Part shown: piece after piece, positions 20,212 to 30,549 of the stretch
How the letters are laid out: each line of letters starts with the position of its first letter
Numbering within the stretch: the first letter of the stretch is position 1
Position numbers and translations under genes: made by a program
The notes under the pieces: model-generated
Seen by the model: the letters and a program-made list of their open reading frames with translations, nothing else
What the model was told of the DNA's origin: nothing
Databases searched by the model: none
Source: Escherichia phage garuso
Sequence record: MN850566.1
Strand: one strand, 5' to 3'
DNA length: 64,000 nucleotides

Positions 20212-20942
20212 AAAACTGGAACCTTCGTTGTGGAAACACTCAAAAGCAACCTTACAGTGATGAGTATTGGGAATCTTTAAAATCTCAATCTCTGTGTATG
20301 CTTGAAGAAGCAAAAGAGCTTGTAAAAGCAATTGAAGAGAAAGACCCCATTGAGACACTGGATGCTCAGGCAGATTTGCAATATGTTCTTGACGGCTTGA
20401 TTTATCTGTCACAACATGACCATAACGGTGCTATGAAAGCTGTTTGCCGTAATAATGACCTGAAGTACACAGATAACTATGAAGAAGCTTTAAAACGTCT
20501 TGCAGACATTGAAAAGCGTACTGGTCAAGAGTGTATTATCAGAATGTCAGTAGTTGATGGTAAAGAGTGGTATGCTATTGTTCGTGCAGCCGATGGGAAG
20601 ATTATGAAGCAATCAAATCTCCCTAAAGTACAGCTTGGTGAATACATTGTAGAACTTGAAAGCCAAGAACTTTTTGTGGTAGTATCTGAGACATGCGTTA
20701 TCTGCAAAGGTATTGTAGGTAGCTTAAAGGATTTGGGTGTAGATGGTTTTGTAGAAGTTAATCCAATTACCTCTAAAGCAGATAAAGACTTCTGTAAAGA
20801 GAACGGACTATGGATTGCAGATATTGTCTACTATGATGGTGAGCAGTTCCATGTAACCTCATACCCGAAACTGAATTATGATGCTAATAACCTGAAGTGC
20901 TGGTTAAAAGGGGTTGGTTATAATGGATTCACAGAACATTAA
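20187..20942 (+). CDS. hypothetical protein
   Basis: 251 aa ORF. Confidence 0.5.
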   Translation: MFNSRESVKNWNLRCGNTQKQPYSDEYWESLKSQSLCMLEEAKELVKAIEEKDPIETLDAQADLQYVLDGLIYLSQHDHNGAMKAVCRNNDLKYTDNYEEALKRLADIEKRTGQECIIRMSVVDGKEWYAIVRAADGKIMKQSNLPKVQLGEYIVELESQELFVVVSETCVICKGIVGSLKDLGVDGFVEVNPITSKADKDFCKENGLWIADIVYYDGEQFHVTSYPKLNYDANNLKCWLKGVGYNGFTEH

Positions 20943-21246
20943 TAAAGAGGGTGTGGCTCAGAAGAGCCACTTCTCAAACTACAATATTTCTATGACGGTG
21001 TTTATGAATGACCCGTTACTAGAAAAATATGGTGAGACTCCAGATACACTTCTGGACAATGAACAAGTTTTAAAAGCAGTCCTGTACAAATACGGTATTG
21101 ATATTGAGAAAGAGTATTCTTTTGAAATCTGCCAACACAGAAACACTTTTGGTAAAGTTGTGATGGCTCCACTCTTTATGGGCGTAGAAAGGACTGACTA
21201 TGGCTGGTTGTATCTGAAAAGAAACTTGGAGAAATACCGTGTCTAA
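20914..21246 (+). CDS. hypothetical protein
   Basis: 110 aa ORF. Confidence 0.45.
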   Translation: MVIMDSQNINKEGVAQKSHFSNYNISMTVFMNDPLLEKYGETPDTLLDNEQVLKAVLYKYGIDIEKEYSFEICQHRNTFGKVVMAPLFMGVERTDYGWLYLKRNLEKYRV

Positions 21247-21574
21247 AGCAAAAAAGCTATCTTATGATGACATTATCTCAGGTGCTAAGTTAGGTGTTGA
21301 TAGTATCGGACAAGATGTTAAGCACGGAGACACAGTCATGTACTGTGATGACCGAAGAGGTAGAAGTGCAATCTTGTTTGGAAGAATTGTTTGCAAGATG
21401 AGAGGTAATTACGTTGTTGCAGACATGGATGTGAACGTTACACAAAAACTTGAAACAATTATGGATGCTAGCGCACCATCATGGTTCCTAAATTGTATGC
21501 ACACCTCGTCAGTCACAAAAGTAAGTGATAAGTTTTACGATATGTGGCAGAATGAGCAAATTTTCAAGATTTAA
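21239..21574 (+). CDS. hypothetical protein
   Basis: 111 aa ORF. Confidence 0.45.
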   Translation: MSKAKKLSYDDIISGAKLGVDSIGQDVKHGDTVMYCDDRRGRSAILFGRIVCKMRGNYVVADMDVNVTQKLETIMDASAPSWFLNCMHTSSVTKVSDKFYDMWQNEQIFKI

Positions 21575-21579
21575 ACTAT

Positions 21580-21603
21580 GGAGCCTCTTCGGAGGCTCTT
21601 TTC
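21580..21603 (+). terminator. rho-independent terminator
   Basis: GGAGCCTC-TTCG-GAGGCTC followed by TTTT. Confidence 0.6.
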
Positions 21604-21620
21604 ATCTGTAGGATTCAAAA

Positions 21621-23855
21621 ATGATTAAGACAATTAAAAAATCAAACGGTACAGTAGTAAGCTTTGACCCAGAAAGACTGAATAAGTGGGCATCATGGGC
21701 AGATAAACGTGGGATTATCTGGTCAGAAGTCACTATGGAAGCCATGAAACGTGTCTATGAGGGTTGCACTACAAAAGAGATGCACCAAGCCATGATTGAT
21801 GTTTGTGTTGATAAACAAACTCAAGAGTACTCAGATATGGCTGGACGACTGCTTTTGGGTATTATCTACAAAGAAGCCTTTGGAGGCTTTACTAAGGTTC
21901 CTACGCTGGTTACCTTCGTTAAAAATATGGAGAGAGCAGGACTTTGGGAGAAGATGGATTATTCACAGGAAGAGCTTGAATACCTGCAAGGTTACATCGT
22001 ACACTCAAAAGATATCTCTTACGGTTATGCAGTCTTGAAACAGTTCAGAGACAAGTATGGTATCCGTGATATTAAAACAGGAAGACTTTTTGAGTCACCA
22101 CAATTTATGTTTATGGGTATGGCTATGAAAGCCTTTGAGAAGCAACCAAAGCACCGTAGACTGCAAGATGTTATCAAGCTGTACACTTACCTATCTGACC
22201 TGAAGATTAATGCTCCTACGCCTTATTTAAATGGTTTAAGAGCTACTAAATCAGGTTATGCGTCATGCTGTTTGATTAAGGCGAATGATACTGCTGAATC
22301 TCTAGGTATTGCTGCAAAGGTTGCCTATGACATGACCACAAAGCAAGCTGGTATTGGGATGCTGATGGAGACTCGCACTATTGGTGATGGCATCCGTCAA
22401 AATACTATTGAACACATGGGTAAGCTGCCTTATTATAAGCTTGTACGTTCATCTGTAGAGGCAAACAAACAGAAGAGTCGTGGTGGTTCAGCTAATAACT
22501 TCTACACTGCTCTAGACCCGCAGATTGAAGATTTACTGCGTTTGAAGCACCCTACAACGGTTCCTTCTAAACGTATTAATGAGATGGACTACTCATTCGG
22601 CACAAACGATTATTTCTGGCAGTGTGTTCAGTATGATACAGATTGGTTGCTATTCTCTTACAAAGATGCACCAAAACTCTATGACATGTTCTACACAGCA
22701 TCTGCTGATGAGTTTGCTATGGCAGTTGGTCACGCAGTACATTCAGGAGTTAAGCACAGACGAGTAAAGGCTCGTGAAATTGCTAAGCTGTTTATTCAAC
22801 AGCGTTATGCTACAGGTCGTGTGTATCCATTCTTCACTAACAATGCAAACACGCATACACCATTTAAAGAGTCATTGAAGATGTCAAATCTTTGTATGGA
22901 AATTGTGTTGCCAGTGTATGGTTTTGAGAAAGAGACAGACCTTTACAGAGATGATGCTGTGAAAGAGGATGGTGAGGTGGCTCTTTGCTTCCTAGCTAGT
23001 TTGGTTGCAGGGAGAATTTCAGAAGATGAATACGCTGACGTTGCTTATTATGCTCTTGCAATGGTTGACTCCGTTATTGACCTTATGGATTATCCGTATC
23101 CGTCGATGCGTAACCATGTTCAGAAGCGTCGTTCTGTTGGGATTGGCCTTACAAATGTGGCTCATTACCTTGCGAAGAACTACGTGAACTACTCTTCACG
23201 AGCAGGTAAAACGAAGCTTCATGAGCTTGCTGAAATGCACTCTTACTATCTGCATGAAGCCTCTCTGAGACTTGCTAAAGAGCGTGGTGTTCCAGAGTAC
23301 ATGAAGTTCACTAAGTATCCTGAAGGCTGGGTTCCTCCAAAGACAGCTAACAAGAAGATTGATGAAAAGCATGATGCAAAACTAAGATATGATTGGGATG
23401 ACTTAGCACAACGTATCAAAGAGAATGGTGGAATCCGAAACTCTGTATTAGAAGCTTACATGCCTAATGAGAGTTCTTCACTAGCAACTAATACGACAAA
23501 TGGCTTGTACCCAATTCGTGACTTTATTTTAACTAAAAAATCTGCAACTGGTAACGTACTGTTTATTGTTCCAGATTATGAAGAGTTGAAGTATGTTTAT
23601 GAAATTGCTTGGGATATTGACACCTTTGATATGATTGATTGTTATGCAATTGTTCAAAAGTTCACTGGTCAAGCTATTTCTTCAGACTTCTATGTTGACT
23701 ATGCAAAGTCTAAGAAGGTATCATTGGCTCAAGCTTTGAAGTACATGATTTATGCCAACTCAGTTGGTATGAAAACCATGTACTACCTTAACAGTCGCAT
23801 TGGTGTAGGTAAATCTGCACTGCAAGATGCTTATTGCGAGGGTTGTGGTGTTTAG
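21621..23855 (+). CDS. nrdA: ribonucleotide reductase class Ia, alpha subunit
   Basis: 744 aa; N-terminal ATP-cone-like region, size and neighbourhood (followed by nrdB and glutaredoxin). Confidence 0.85.
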   Translation: MIKTIKKSNGTVVSFDPERLNKWASWADKRGIIWSEVTMEAMKRVYEGCTTKEMHQAMIDVCVDKQTQEYSDMAGRLLLGIIYKEAFGGFTKVPTLVTFVKNMERAGLWEKMDYSQEELEYLQGYIVHSKDISYGYAVLKQFRDKYGIRDIKTGRLFESPQFMFMGMAMKAFEKQPKHRRLQDVIKLYTYLSDLKINAPTPYLNGLRATKSGYASCCLIKANDTAESLGIAAKVAYDMTTKQAGIGMLMETRTIGDGIRQNTIEHMGKLPYYKLVRSSVEANKQKSRGGSANNFYTALDPQIEDLLRLKHPTTVPSKRINEMDYSFGTNDYFWQCVQYDTDWLLFSYKDAPKLYDMFYTASADEFAMAVGHAVHSGVKHRRVKAREIAKLFIQQRYATGRVYPFFTNNANTHTPFKESLKMSNLCMEIVLPVYGFEKETDLYRDDAVKEDGEVALCFLASLVAGRISEDEYADVAYYALAMVDSVIDLMDYPYPSMRNHVQKRRSVGIGLTNVAHYLAKNYVNYSSRAGKTKLHELAEMHSYYLHEASLRLAKERGVPEYMKFTKYPEGWVPPKTANKKIDEKHDAKLRYDWDDLAQRIKENGGIRNSVLEAYMPNESSSLATNTTNGLYPIRDFILTKKSATGNVLFIVPDYEELKYVYEIAWDIDTFDMIDCYAIVQKFTGQAISSDFYVDYAKSKKVSLAQALKYMIYANSVGMKTMYYLNSRIGVGKSALQDAYCEGCGV

Positions 23856-23910
23856 TTTTAATAACTATGAGGGTCGTAAAAGACCCTCTAAAAATAACTT
23901 TGGAGAGACC

Positions 23911-24168
23911 ATGAAAGATTTAATAGAAAAACATGAGCGACCTATATACTTGCTCCACAAGCCTCGGAAAACGATGTACTATGTGAGTAGCACAGATATG
24001 ATGATAAAACAAAAGGATGACTCATGGGTTGCTGGTATCTCTTACATCTCCACAGTAGATGGTAAAATCTATGCAAGACCTTATGAGATGTTTAACAAAG
24101 AAAATTGGGAAGTTTTAGACAGAAAACAAGCCTCAGAAATGATAAAGAAAGGAGAAATCACACTATGA
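23911..24168 (+). CDS. hypothetical protein
   Basis: ORF track 23827-24168; start set at Met with GGAGAG SD; stop overlaps nrdB start (ATGA). Confidence 0.35.
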   Translation: MKDLIEKHERPIYLLHKPRKTMYYVSSTDMMIKQKDDSWVAGISYISTVDGKIYARPYEMFNKENWEVLDRKQASEMIKKGEITL

Positions 24169-25238
24169 TTAACCAGCACCCAATCTTTTTAGGTGGTGAG
24201 AGAAAAACTTTTGACTCACTCAATAAGCACTACCCAAAAATCTTTGAACTTTATAAACAACAAAAAGCACAAGATTGGTCAGAAGATGAGTTCCCTTTTG
24301 AACAATCACGTCTTGATTTTGAGAGTGTCCCAGCATCAATGTCAGGTGTAATGCTTGAGATTCTTAAGTGGCAATGGGAAGCAGACACTCAAGTTGCTAA
24401 GAGCTTGGCATTTGCCTTTGCACCTTTTATCTCTGATGACATATATGCAACTGCAATTATGAAGCAGTCTGAGATTGAAAACCTACATGCTCTTACTTAC
24501 TCAGAGATTGTAAGGCAATGTATTAAAAACCCTGAAACAATCTTAGATGAGATTAACCAGAATGTTGCTGTGCAAGACCGATTAAAAACTGTGAATCGTG
24601 TTCTTGAAGAATTATTGGATGAAGGGATAAACTACCGACTGAGTTATGTACGTGATTCACTTCTGGACAAAGACCCTTTACACTTCCATAAAGTGATTCT
24701 AAAAGGTCTGTTTGCAGTGACTGCACTTGAAGGTATATCTTTTATGGCATCCTTTGCATGTACCTTTGCACTTGATGCTCAAGATAAATTTCAGGGTATT
24801 GCTCAAGCTGTCCAGAAGATTATGCTTGACGAAATCCTTCACACTAAAATTGATATTGAAGTTTTAAAAGAAACTTTAAGAGATGATGAGTGGCAGAAAG
24901 CTTTTCAACAGATTCTTCCAGAGATTAAAGTAATCTTAGATGAAGTAGTTGAAAGTGAAGAGAAATGGTCGTATTATATCTTCTCCGAAGGACGTGCTGT
25001 AGTTGGCTTAAATACAAAGCTTCTTCATGAGTGGGTTTACTATAATGCTGCCCCACTGTATGATATGTTTGGCATTCCAAGAGATTTTGTAGCTCCCAAA
25101 GAACCACCTTTGAAGTACATGATTAAGAAGATGGAAATTGATAAAGAGCAGAATGCTAATCAGGAGCAACAGAACGGTGCGTACCTGTTGAATACTGTTG
25201 TAGATGATTTGAATAGTGGATTTTTAGAGGTTCCTTAA
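24165..25238 (+). CDS. nrdB: ribonucleotide reductase class Ia, beta subunit
   Basis: About 357 aa from ATG with AAAGGAG SD (ORF track starts 24105); follows nrdA. Confidence 0.8.
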   Translation: MINQHPIFLGGERKTFDSLNKHYPKIFELYKQQKAQDWSEDEFPFEQSRLDFESVPASMSGVMLEILKWQWEADTQVAKSLAFAFAPFISDDIYATAIMKQSEIENLHALTYSEIVRQCIKNPETILDEINQNVAVQDRLKTVNRVLEELLDEGINYRLSYVRDSLLDKDPLHFHKVILKGLFAVTALEGISFMASFACTFALDAQDKFQGIAQAVQKIMLDEILHTKIDIEVLKETLRDDEWQKAFQQILPEIKVILDEVVESEEKWSYYIFSEGRAVVGLNTKLLHEWVYYNAAPLYDMFGIPRDFVAPKEPPLKYMIKKMEIDKEQNANQEQQNGAYLLNTVVDDLNSGFLEVP

Positions 25239-25480
25239 TGACTTATATAATTTACTCCAAAACTGGATGCCCTCAGTGTGAGACTGCAAAGAATTTTGCA
25301 AAAGCTCGTGGTATTGACCATGTTGTGAGAATGTTAGGGCAGGATTATGAACTGTCAGACCTGATGGATATTGCACAGATGCCAGTTCGTCAGATGCCAT
25401 TCATCATGAAAACCGATGGACAAAACCTAAAACCTGTTGGGACGCTACAGAATTTTATGGCAGAGGTGAATAATGCTTAA
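25238..25480 (+). CDS. glutaredoxin-like protein
   Basis: 80 aa; CPQC active-site motif near N-terminus. Confidence 0.7.
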   Translation: MTYIIYSKTGCPQCETAKNFAKARGIDHVVRMLGQDYELSDLMDIAQMPVRQMPFIMKTDGQNLKPVGTLQNFMAEVNNA

Positions 25481-25679
25481 ACGCATTTGGGAAGGTTTGG
25501 TTGTTGATGCACCAGCTATTGTGATTGGTATGCTTATTGTTAACCTATTTACTGACTTTGAACAAGGTTCATTGTTTGGAGCCATGTTACTATGGGTTAT
25601 CTTCGAAATATTAGAGATACAGCTAGGCATCACTGAAAAACTAAGAGAAATCTTTGCGAAGTTTTCTAAAAAGATTTAA
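25473..25679 (+). CDS. hypothetical small membrane protein
   Basis: 68 aa hydrophobic ORF. Confidence 0.35.
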   Translation: MLKRIWEGLVVDAPAIVIGMLIVNLFTDFEQGSLFGAMLLWVIFEILEIQLGITEKLREIFAKFSKKI

Positions 25680-25686
25680 AATGAAA

Positions 25687-25709
25687 GGGTCTCTTCGGAG
25701 ACCTTTTTA
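25687..25709 (+). terminator. rho-independent terminator
   Basis: GGGTCTC-TTCG-GAGACC followed by TTTTT. Confidence 0.6.
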
Positions 25710-25727
25710 GCATGTAAAGGGGCAATA

Positions 25728-27872
25728 ATGAACAAAGTACAGATTATTAAAAAGAATGGCTCACTTGAAGAACCTGATATCAAAAAAGTTTTAGCAGCAG
25801 TCACAAAGTCAGCTAACAGAGTTGGTTATAAAGAGCTTCCACCAGATGTTACTCAAGCTCTTGAGTCAGCATTTATGAGGATTCTGGTAAAGTCCACTAA
25901 GCAGAATAATTTGCTAATTTCGGTAAATGATATTCACAGTATTGTTGAGGGTGCTTTGGCAGAAGTCAATCACGAGATTTATGAGTCTTACTCAACATAT
26001 AGAAATTACCGTAAAGAGGTTGCTCAAAATTGGGATGAGCTTTACCAAAAGACTAGAGATACACTCTTCTTAGGTGACCGTGAAAATGCTAACTTTGACA
26101 GCAGTTTAATTTCTACAAAAGGCTCAATTATTCGTGGTTACTTGACTAAAGAAATCTTTAAACAGTACCATTTAACACCAGAGGAACTTGAAGCCATTGA
26201 AAAAGGGTTTATCTACATCCATGATTTAAGAGACCTAATTTTTGGTGGTATCAACTGTTGCCTGTTTGACATCGGTAAAGTACTGAAAGGTGGCTTTGAA
26301 ATGTCTGGTATCGAATACTGTGAACCAAAGTCTGTGCTGTCAGCCTTACAGGTTATTGGCGATGTAGTTCTTTCAGCAACTGCACAGCAATTTGGTGGCT
26401 TTACTTTAGCAGAGATTGATAAGGTACTTGTACCGTATGCTAAAAAATCTTTAGTGTACCACTCAGAGAAAGCTGAAGAGTACGGAATACCTAAAGAGCA
26501 ACACTATAATTACGTAATGGAGCAATTACAGAATGAGTTAACACAAGGTTTCCAATCTCTTGAAATGAAACTTAACACTGTTCCTTGCAGTCGCGGTGAT
26601 TTTGCATTTACTACTCTGACATTTGGCCTGTTGGAACCAGATATGCACAATGAAGATAACCGTCTTCAGTTTATGATTACCAATACAATCCTTAATGTAA
26701 GGATGAACGGGCAAGGAAAAAGCAAAAAACCTGTTGTGTTTCCTAAACTTGTGTATATCTATGAAGAGACAAGACATAAACTTGATGTATGCCAAGCAAG
26801 GTTGTTTGAAAAAGCTATTGAGTGTTGCTCTAAAGCGATGTATCCAGATTTCTTAAGTGTATCTGGTCATGGTGCTGTAGCAGATGCTTTTAAGCGTTCT
26901 GGTAAGGTGATTTCACCGATGGGTTGCAGAGCTTTCTTATCTCCATATCTTAACGAGAATGGAGAAGAGTTCTATGTTGGTCGTGCTAACATTGGTGCTG
27001 TATCTTTGAACTTGCCAATGATTTACCAGTATTCTAAAGAGAATGGTTTAGATTTCTGGAAAGAGCTTGATAAGTACCTAGAGATGATTCGCAGCTTCCA
27101 CAAGAAACGCTACGAAATGATTGCTAACATGCCAGCAAGCTCTAACCCTCTTGCATTCACACAGGGTGGTCTGTACAAAGGGAATAAGAAACCTACTGAC
27201 AAGGTTGGCTGGGATATCGTGAAGTCCTTCACAGCTTCTTTTGGGGTTACTGCGCTTGATGAGCTATCTGTTCTTGCTGAAGGTAAACGACTCCATGAAG
27301 TTGGAAGCTGTAGTTTTGCATATGATGTTCTGGCATACATTAACATGAAAACTGAAGAGTTTAAGAACGAAGATGGCTTCTTGTATGCGGTATATGGCAC
27401 TCCAGCAGAATCACTTTGTGGAACTCAGTTAAAACAGTTCAGAGATATGTTTGGCGTTATTAAAGGTGTCTCTGACAAGGAATACTTTACAAACAGTTTC
27501 CATATGAATGTTGCAGCAGACATCTCACCATTTGAGAAGCAGGACTTAGAAGAGCCATTCTTCCATATCTGTAGAGGTGGTAGAATCCAGTATGTAAGGG
27601 TAGCTAACCCAGAAAACTTAACAGCACTTAAAAGTTGTATTACAAGAGGGATGTTGAAAGGTTTCTATCAGGGGCTTAACTTTGACTTAGCAATCTGTGA
27701 ACATTGTGGTAACAGACCAAAGGCTGATGTTGAAGAATGTGAGGTTTGCCATTCACATGATATCTCTGTGATTAACAGGGTGTGCGGGTACTTGTCATTC
27801 ACAAAAATTAAAGGTCAGTCTCGAATGAATGACGCTAAGATGGCAGAAATTAAGGATAGGGTTTCTATGTAA
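25728..27872 (+). CDS. nrdD: anaerobic ribonucleoside-triphosphate reductase
   Basis: 714 aa; C-terminal Cys4 cluster (CEHCGN...CEVCHS) and glycyl-radical motif RVCGYL. Confidence 0.85.
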   Translation: MNKVQIIKKNGSLEEPDIKKVLAAVTKSANRVGYKELPPDVTQALESAFMRILVKSTKQNNLLISVNDIHSIVEGALAEVNHEIYESYSTYRNYRKEVAQNWDELYQKTRDTLFLGDRENANFDSSLISTKGSIIRGYLTKEIFKQYHLTPEELEAIEKGFIYIHDLRDLIFGGINCCLFDIGKVLKGGFEMSGIEYCEPKSVLSALQVIGDVVLSATAQQFGGFTLAEIDKVLVPYAKKSLVYHSEKAEEYGIPKEQHYNYVMEQLQNELTQGFQSLEMKLNTVPCSRGDFAFTTLTFGLLEPDMHNEDNRLQFMITNTILNVRMNGQGKSKKPVVFPKLVYIYEETRHKLDVCQARLFEKAIECCSKAMYPDFLSVSGHGAVADAFKRSGKVISPMGCRAFLSPYLNENGEEFYVGRANIGAVSLNLPMIYQYSKENGLDFWKELDKYLEMIRSFHKKRYEMIANMPASSNPLAFTQGGLYKGNKKPTDKVGWDIVKSFTASFGVTALDELSVLAEGKRLHEVGSCSFAYDVLAYINMKTEEFKNEDGFLYAVYGTPAESLCGTQLKQFRDMFGVIKGVSDKEYFTNSFHMNVAADISPFEKQDLEEPFFHICRGGRIQYVRVANPENLTALKSCITRGMLKGFYQGLNFDLAICEHCGNRPKADVEECEVCHSHDISVINRVCGYLSFTKIKGQSRMNDAKMAEIKDRVSM

Positions 27873-27883
27873 AACTTGACAAG

Positions 27884-28270
27884 GTGGTGTGGGTCTTGAT
27901 AGGCTTACATCACCTTTTTATTTGGAGTTACATTATGGACTTGTGGCTTTATGTAGCAGTTTGTGGGATTGTATGTCTGATAATCTTATTTATTCTTGGA
28001 ATAATGCGATTTAGAGACATCATACAGTCAGATTTTTTGCCTGAGTTTACCATGATAGTTGGAGTTATTACACTTTGTGTCTTGGCTGTGTTCTATTCAT
28101 ACAAAACTGTGATATGGATGGAGGCAAACAATTGTGTAAAAACTCATCAGCATCGTGAGGTTACTCATTTTGTGAGTGTACTTAGTGGTAGCACCACTAT
28201 ACTTGTCCCACAAACTTCTGTAGAGTATCTTTACACATGTGATAATGGTAAAACTATATGGTGGAATTAA
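27884..28270 (+). CDS. hypothetical membrane protein
   Basis: 128 aa, multiple hydrophobic segments. Confidence 0.4.
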   Translation: MVWVLIGLHHLFIWSYIMDLWLYVAVCGIVCLIILFILGIMRFRDIIQSDFLPEFTMIVGVITLCVLAVFYSYKTVIWMEANNCVKTHQHREVTHFVSVLSGSTTILVPQTSVEYLYTCDNGKTIWWN

Positions 28271-28473
28271 CAATGACAACACTCTTAAAAGTATTGATAC
28301 CCATACTACATATAGCAGTCTTCTTTTTTGGTGTTAGTGTTATGGTATGGGGATTTTCAGACCCACAATGGAGTTTCTCATATCATGGTCAGATGGATTT
28401 ATGGTCATGCTTCAAACCATTTTTAGGGTTAGCTATAGCATTCAGTGCATTACCAACTAAGGTGAAATTATGA
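28258..28473 (+). CDS. hypothetical membrane protein
   Basis: 71 aa hydrophobic ORF. Confidence 0.35.
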   Translation: MVELTMTTLLKVLIPILHIAVFFFGVSVMVWGFSDPQWSFSYHGQMDLWSCFKPFLGLAIAFSALPTKVKL

Positions 28474-28865
28474 TTAAGTTGAACCAAAAACAGTTAGAGT
28501 GGATTAAAGATTATGCCTCAGAGTGTGGCTCTTGTGAAAAGAATCACGTAAGGTACTCAACATTCCATACGAACTTCACATTGTATATTGGTGACAATGT
28601 TCTAAGTGATTCTGTAGAAGATGGTGTAGTATTGCCTAATGAATTACTTGATAAACTAGCTGTAGTCTCTGGAACTTGGTCTGAAGAAGATGGTCACGAG
28701 CTGTCTGATGATGTTGTCTTCTACACCCTTGAAAACATCATGAACCCAGAGTACATTATGCTAATGACTTGCGCACAAGATTGTGTACCATTACAAAACT
28801 TCATTAAAGAGCACTGTGAAGAATTTATTACTAAACAGGTTCCTTGTCAGGTGGTATTTGAATGA
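28470..28865 (+). CDS. hypothetical protein
   Basis: 131 aa ORF. Confidence 0.45.
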   Translation: MIKLNQKQLEWIKDYASECGSCEKNHVRYSTFHTNFTLYIGDNVLSDSVEDGVVLPNELLDKLAVVSGTWSEEDGHELSDDVVFYTLENIMNPEYIMLMTCAQDCVPLQNFIKEHCEEFITKQVPCQVVFE

Positions 28866-29161
28866 GTAAAACAATTCGAAGAAAAGGTTTAAAGAACGTT
28901 CATGGACTTTATGAGTGGAGAAATGAGGTACGTAACAGAGAAAATGCTTCAGAGGTCTACTACCACTCTGATATGATGTCTAGAAAAGGTGGCTCTTACG
29001 ACTTCACAAGCCAGCCTTGTAGAGAGATTAAGAAGGCTACTAAACGTCTTACAAGAACACAAATAAGGCAGCTTTCTAAGACATCCTACTTAGATGAAGA
29101 CTTTGACATTGATAGCAAGTCTCCAAAGAAAGCTGCTCAGAGCACTTATATGTATTGGTGA
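28862..29161 (+). CDS. hypothetical protein
   Basis: 99 aa ORF. Confidence 0.45.
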   Translation: MSKTIRRKGLKNVHGLYEWRNEVRNRENASEVYYHSDMMSRKGGSYDFTSQPCREIKKATKRLTRTQIRQLSKTSYLDEDFDIDSKSPKKAAQSTYMYW

Positions 29162-29170
29162 GGTAACTAG

Positions 29171-29656
29171 ATGAATTACATGGAGATTCGACCATTTGAT
29201 ACAGCTAATGGTGAAGGGGTTCGTGTAAGCCTCTTCGTAGCTGGCTGTAAACATCACTGTGAAGGCTGCTTTAACAGGGAGTCTTGGAAGTTTAATGCTG
29301 GTAAAGTGTTCACTTATGCAAACCTCTACGGCATCATTAAGTTAATGGATGATGATGCTGTCAGTGGGCTGTCAATACTTGGTGGAGAACCTCTGGATGA
29401 TAGAAATATTCAAGAGGTTACCAACATATGCAAACGTATTAAAACCGTTTACCCAGAAAAATCTATCTGGCTCTGGACAGGTTTTCAGTTACACGAAAAA
29501 ATTCACCTAGATGTGATGAAATATGTTGACGTGGTGATTGATGGTAAGTATGATTCATCTAAACCAACAGTTAAACCATATCGTGGTTCTGATAACCAAA
29601 ACCTCTGGAGAAAAGAGTATGGATGGCAAGGCGATTGTCAATGGCGAGCAGAGTGA
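29171..29656 (+). CDS. nrdG: anaerobic RNR activating enzyme (radical SAM)
   Basis: 161 aa; CKHHCEGC (CxxxCxxC) radical-SAM cluster motif; downstream of nrdD. Confidence 0.8.
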   Translation: MNYMEIRPFDTANGEGVRVSLFVAGCKHHCEGCFNRESWKFNAGKVFTYANLYGIIKLMDDDAVSGLSILGGEPLDDRNIQEVTNICKRIKTVYPEKSIWLWTGFQLHEKIHLDVMKYVDVVIDGKYDSSKPTVKPYRGSDNQNLWRKEYGWQGDCQWRAE

Positions 29657-29894
29657 TTATTCTGGCAAATGGACTTACGACATCAACAAGTTAGATGCTT
29701 GGATGATTTATACGAGAGAAAAATTTGGTGCAAGTTCATTATGTGCTCTTGCAACGATGGTGAAGAACGTTACCTTTGACATTCATGACTCAGATAAGTT
29801 TGGAGACTTCTACAGGATTCAAAACATCAGAGAAGGCATGACTCCAATTGGTATCACTGAAGAAGAACTTCATAAGTTCTGTATTAAACTTTAA
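29619..29894 (+). CDS. hypothetical protein
   Basis: ORF track 29538-29894 overlaps nrdG; internal Met start assumed. Confidence 0.3.
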   Translation: MDGKAIVNGEQSDYSGKWTYDINKLDAWMIYTREKFGASSLCALATMVKNVTFDIHDSDKFGDFYRIQNIREGMTPIGITEEELHKFCIKL

Positions 29895-29908
29895 TGAGAG
29901 AGACTAAA

Positions 29909-30175
29909 ATGGGAATTTTAGGTAATATGAAAGCTGGCTTCTTGAAGGCACTGGCAAAAGCAGCAGCAATCATTTCTATGACTGGAAAGCAGGTTGGTGT
30001 AGATGCTTCAGCAGTTGCACAAGTTCTTACAAGCCAAATTGAACAGCAACCTTACATCTACGTAGGCCGTGGCAAAGGTGGTAAAAAACAAGCACATCGA
30101 CCAACTGGTGCAGCAGCAATTAAACGTGCAGCTAAAAAAGCTCGTAACCGTAAACGTAATAAGAAGGCTAAATAA
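29909..30175 (+). CDS. hypothetical basic protein
   Basis: Lys/Arg-rich C-terminus; start at ATG 29909. Confidence 0.4.
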   Translation: MGILGNMKAGFLKALAKAAAIISMTGKQVGVDASAVAQVLTSQIEQQPYIYVGRGKGGKKQAHRPTGAAAIKRAAKKARNRKRNKKAK

Positions 30176-30177
30176 TC

Positions 30178-30498
30178 ATGAGCAAAGTTTATAACACTCG
30201 CAAATTACAGATTTTCGTACTGTGCCAGTTTATGGCTAAAGAATACAACTTCTACTATTGCGGCACAGGTTTTATTAGCGACGATGATGGTTCATACCTA
30301 CCATTCAAAGAAGCTGTAAAACTCTTTAATGAAGAGAAAAGCTCTAAGAAAGATATTGAAAAGGTTAAGCTAACTTACAGTAAGAAAGATAAGAAGATTA
30401 TCTGCCTAGATAACTTTGTAAAAGTTACTGGAGAAGCAAAAGAGTTTATGGATGAGAGTGAGATTTCATTCACAAGCATCTTGAAAGTAGCTCAGTAA
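30178..30498 (+). CDS. hypothetical protein
   Basis: 106 aa ORF. Confidence 0.45.
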   Translation: MSKVYNTRKLQIFVLCQFMAKEYNFYYCGTGFISDDDGSYLPFKEAVKLFNEEKSSKKDIEKVKLTYSKKDKKIICLDNFVKVTGEAKEFMDESEISFTSILKVAQ

Positions 30499-30511
30499 AC
30501 AGATACTATAA

Positions 30512-30540
30512 GGGAACTGTAAAGGTTCCCTTTTTATTTT
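30512..30540 (+). terminator. rho-independent terminator
   Basis: GGGAAC-TGTAAAG-GTTCCC followed by TTTTTATTTT. Confidence 0.6.
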
Positions 30541-30549
30541 GGAGATGAT